Shown here: piece by piece, positions 51,799-53,173 of the stretch | Layout: the number at the start of each line of letters is the position of its first letter | Position numbering within the stretch: position 1 is the stretch's first letter | Origin: a virus | Lineage: Duplodnaviria > Caudoviricetes | Virus record (IMG/VR): IMGVR_UViG_3300005077_000024 | Coordinates: 1 to 53,173 of that record | DNA length: 53,173 bases | Strand: one strand, 5' to 3' | Position numbers and translations under genes: made by a program | Notes under the pieces: model-generated | The model's database searches: none | Told to the model about the DNA's origin: nothing | Seen by the model: the letters and a program-made list of their open reading frames with translations, nothing else

Positions 51799-52570
51799 GA
51801 AGTATCCTCTCCAGCACAGTTCTTCTGTTACTAGTATATACTAACGGCACAGTAGATGCGGGGTCCAGCGGCAGACAGTGTCCGTCGTAGACCAGCAGTC
51901 CATGCACGTCCCCAACGGTCTGGAGTGGGCGACCTCTTGCAGCCAGCAGAGGACACCCCTCCTCGACCCAGCCCTCCTGAGACTCCGGCGGTGGAACTGG
52001 CCAGCCAGCCTCAGCAACCAACTCCAAAAAGACTGGGTCCGTGAGACGGCGCAGTTCGGACTGGTTCAGCAGGTCAAGACGGTTGCTGTGCAGCGCAGCC
52101 TTGACTGCTGCTGGACCCCACATCCCAGCATGGATGGTGTATAGTGCAGTAGTGTCCATCTGCCTAAGAAGTAGAGTGTAGTTATGCAGGTCGATCACCG
52201 CGCGCCATAGAGGGCTCATGCGGTACCTGCATGCGGCTTCAGGTAGCGCCAAGAAGTACTCTCTCAGACCTTCTGGCAGTAGGTAAGCCACCTGCCGGAG
52301 CCTGACCGTAGCAGAGTAAGACAAGCCAGCTGCCCTGGCTACGTCTCTTAGTGAGACCTCTCTCGGCCAGCACTCCGACAGAGCGGCGGTGAGTGCGTTC
52401 ACCCGGTCCATGTCTGAAGTACCACGAGGTCTCCCTCTCCGGTGCTCAGGGCTAAGTGCCTCAAGCACACTAGCCGGTGGGATTACCGGAAGTACTCCAG
52501 TCTCAAAGACCTGGTCGAGCAGGTTAACCAGCTCGGCTTTGGTGAACGTACTCAGCCACGCACTATACAT
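51782..52570 (-). CDS. Putative DNA-binding protein (AT-hook-like RRGRPR plus HTH)
   Basis: RRGRPRG followed by SLRDVARAAGLSYSATVR. Confidence 0.65.
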   Translation of the reverse strand: MYSAWLSTFTKAELVNLLDQVFETGVLPVIPPASVLEALSPEHRRGRPRGTSDMDRVNALTAALSECWPREVSLRDVARAAGLSYSATVRLRQVAYLLPEGLREYFLALPEAACRYRMSPLWRAVIDLHNYTLLLRQMDTTALYTIHAGMWGPAAVKAALHSNRLDLLNQSELRRLTDPVFLELVAEAGWPVPPPESQEGWVEEGCPLLAARGRPLQTVGDVHGLLVYDGHCLPLDPASTVPLVYTSNRRTVLERILHVSPS

Positions 52571-52574
52571 GGCA

Positions 52575-52946
52575 CTACGCCTTCGGCTGGCCCGGCTTGC
52601 CCAGACCGAGGCGCTTGGCGGCCGCGGCCAACTGCTTGGCCTCCCGCTCCTTGGCGATGGCCCGAGGGTCGACCACCTTCACGCCGATGGACTCCAGTTG
52701 CGCCTTCTGGTCGGCGGTCAGGGTGACCAGGTACTGCTTGCCCTCTGCCTTCGGGCCTTTGGCCAGGCCGGTGCCCTTGGAGGCTGCGTACGCACGCAGG
52801 CTACCGAACGTGAAGGGCTCGACCAACTTGTCCTCGCGGACCAGAGCCGCGACGCGGGCGGGACTGATCCCCAACAGAACCGCAGCGTCCAGGCGGCTGC
52901 CCACGGGATCGGTGTCGGGGTTGGGCTGACTGTCGATAGGTGGCAT
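52575..52946 (-). CDS. Small basic HTH protein, paralog of 925..1281
   Basis: DAAVLLGISPARVAALVREDKL Xis-like HTH; AAGGAG RBS. Confidence 0.75.
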   Translation of the reverse strand: MPPIDSQPNPDTDPVGSRLDAAVLLGISPARVAALVREDKLVEPFTFGSLRAYAASKGTGLAKGPKAEGKQYLVTLTADQKAQLESIGVKVVDPRAIAKEREAKQLAAAAKRLGLGKPGQPKA

Positions 52947-53007
52947 CGTAATCTCCTTCTGCCATAAAATAGGGTTTGTGTCGCGCGTTTTGCGCTACCT
53001 GTCCTCA

Positions 53008-53036
53008 ATTGTATCATACAACCGCCGTATTGTCAA
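53008..53036 (-). promoter_or_regulatory. Leftward sigma70 promoter for the replication arm
   Basis: On - strand TTGACA-17 nt-TACAAT with extended -10 TG. Confidence 0.8.
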
Positions 53037-53173
53037 CCGTCACACGATTTTTCTAATCATCCTGCGCCGTGGGCAGACCTGTGCGACGACAGACGACTGT
53101 ATGATCCTACTACTCTGGTTTCTTCCAGGACCACCAACTTCACATTCTTGAACGCTCGATAGGCTCTCCTTAC

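Overview
The window looks like a complete or nearly complete ~53 kb tailed dsDNA phage genome with podovirus-like architecture (no tape measure, tail tube, integrase or RNA polymerase recognised). Two arms diverge from a control region at ~240-1800 that holds perfect sigma70 promoters, and they converge at a hairpin terminator at ~34,950. The + arm (1.8-35 kb) carries terS/terL, portal, a 4784-aa polyvalent-type protein, scaffold, an N4-gp56-type major capsid protein, adaptor, nozzle, tail fibre and an atypical lysis/envelope block. The - arm (35-53 kb) carries a SNF2 helicase, RuvC-like resolvase, DEDD and Cas4-like nucleases, Sak4-like ATPase, SSB, RepB-type primase-helicase, a UDG-PolA fusion, HNH and MazG. 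Four things stand out. (1) A salvage-only 7-deazaguanine cassette (QueF-like, YhhQ transporter, Nmad1-like, minimal TGT/DpdA-like) coupled directly to the polymerase gene. (2) The giant protein, whose repeated modules are delimited by [LM]-[FW]-Q motifs and which carries two HExxH peptidase motifs. (3) A hairpin-rich non-coding RNA ending in a non-canonical tRNA-like fold. (4) A lysis region with signal-peptide proteins and no recognisable endolysin. A Chloroflexota host is suspected from recalled domain distribution only. All protein assignments come from motif recognition by eye; no searches were run.
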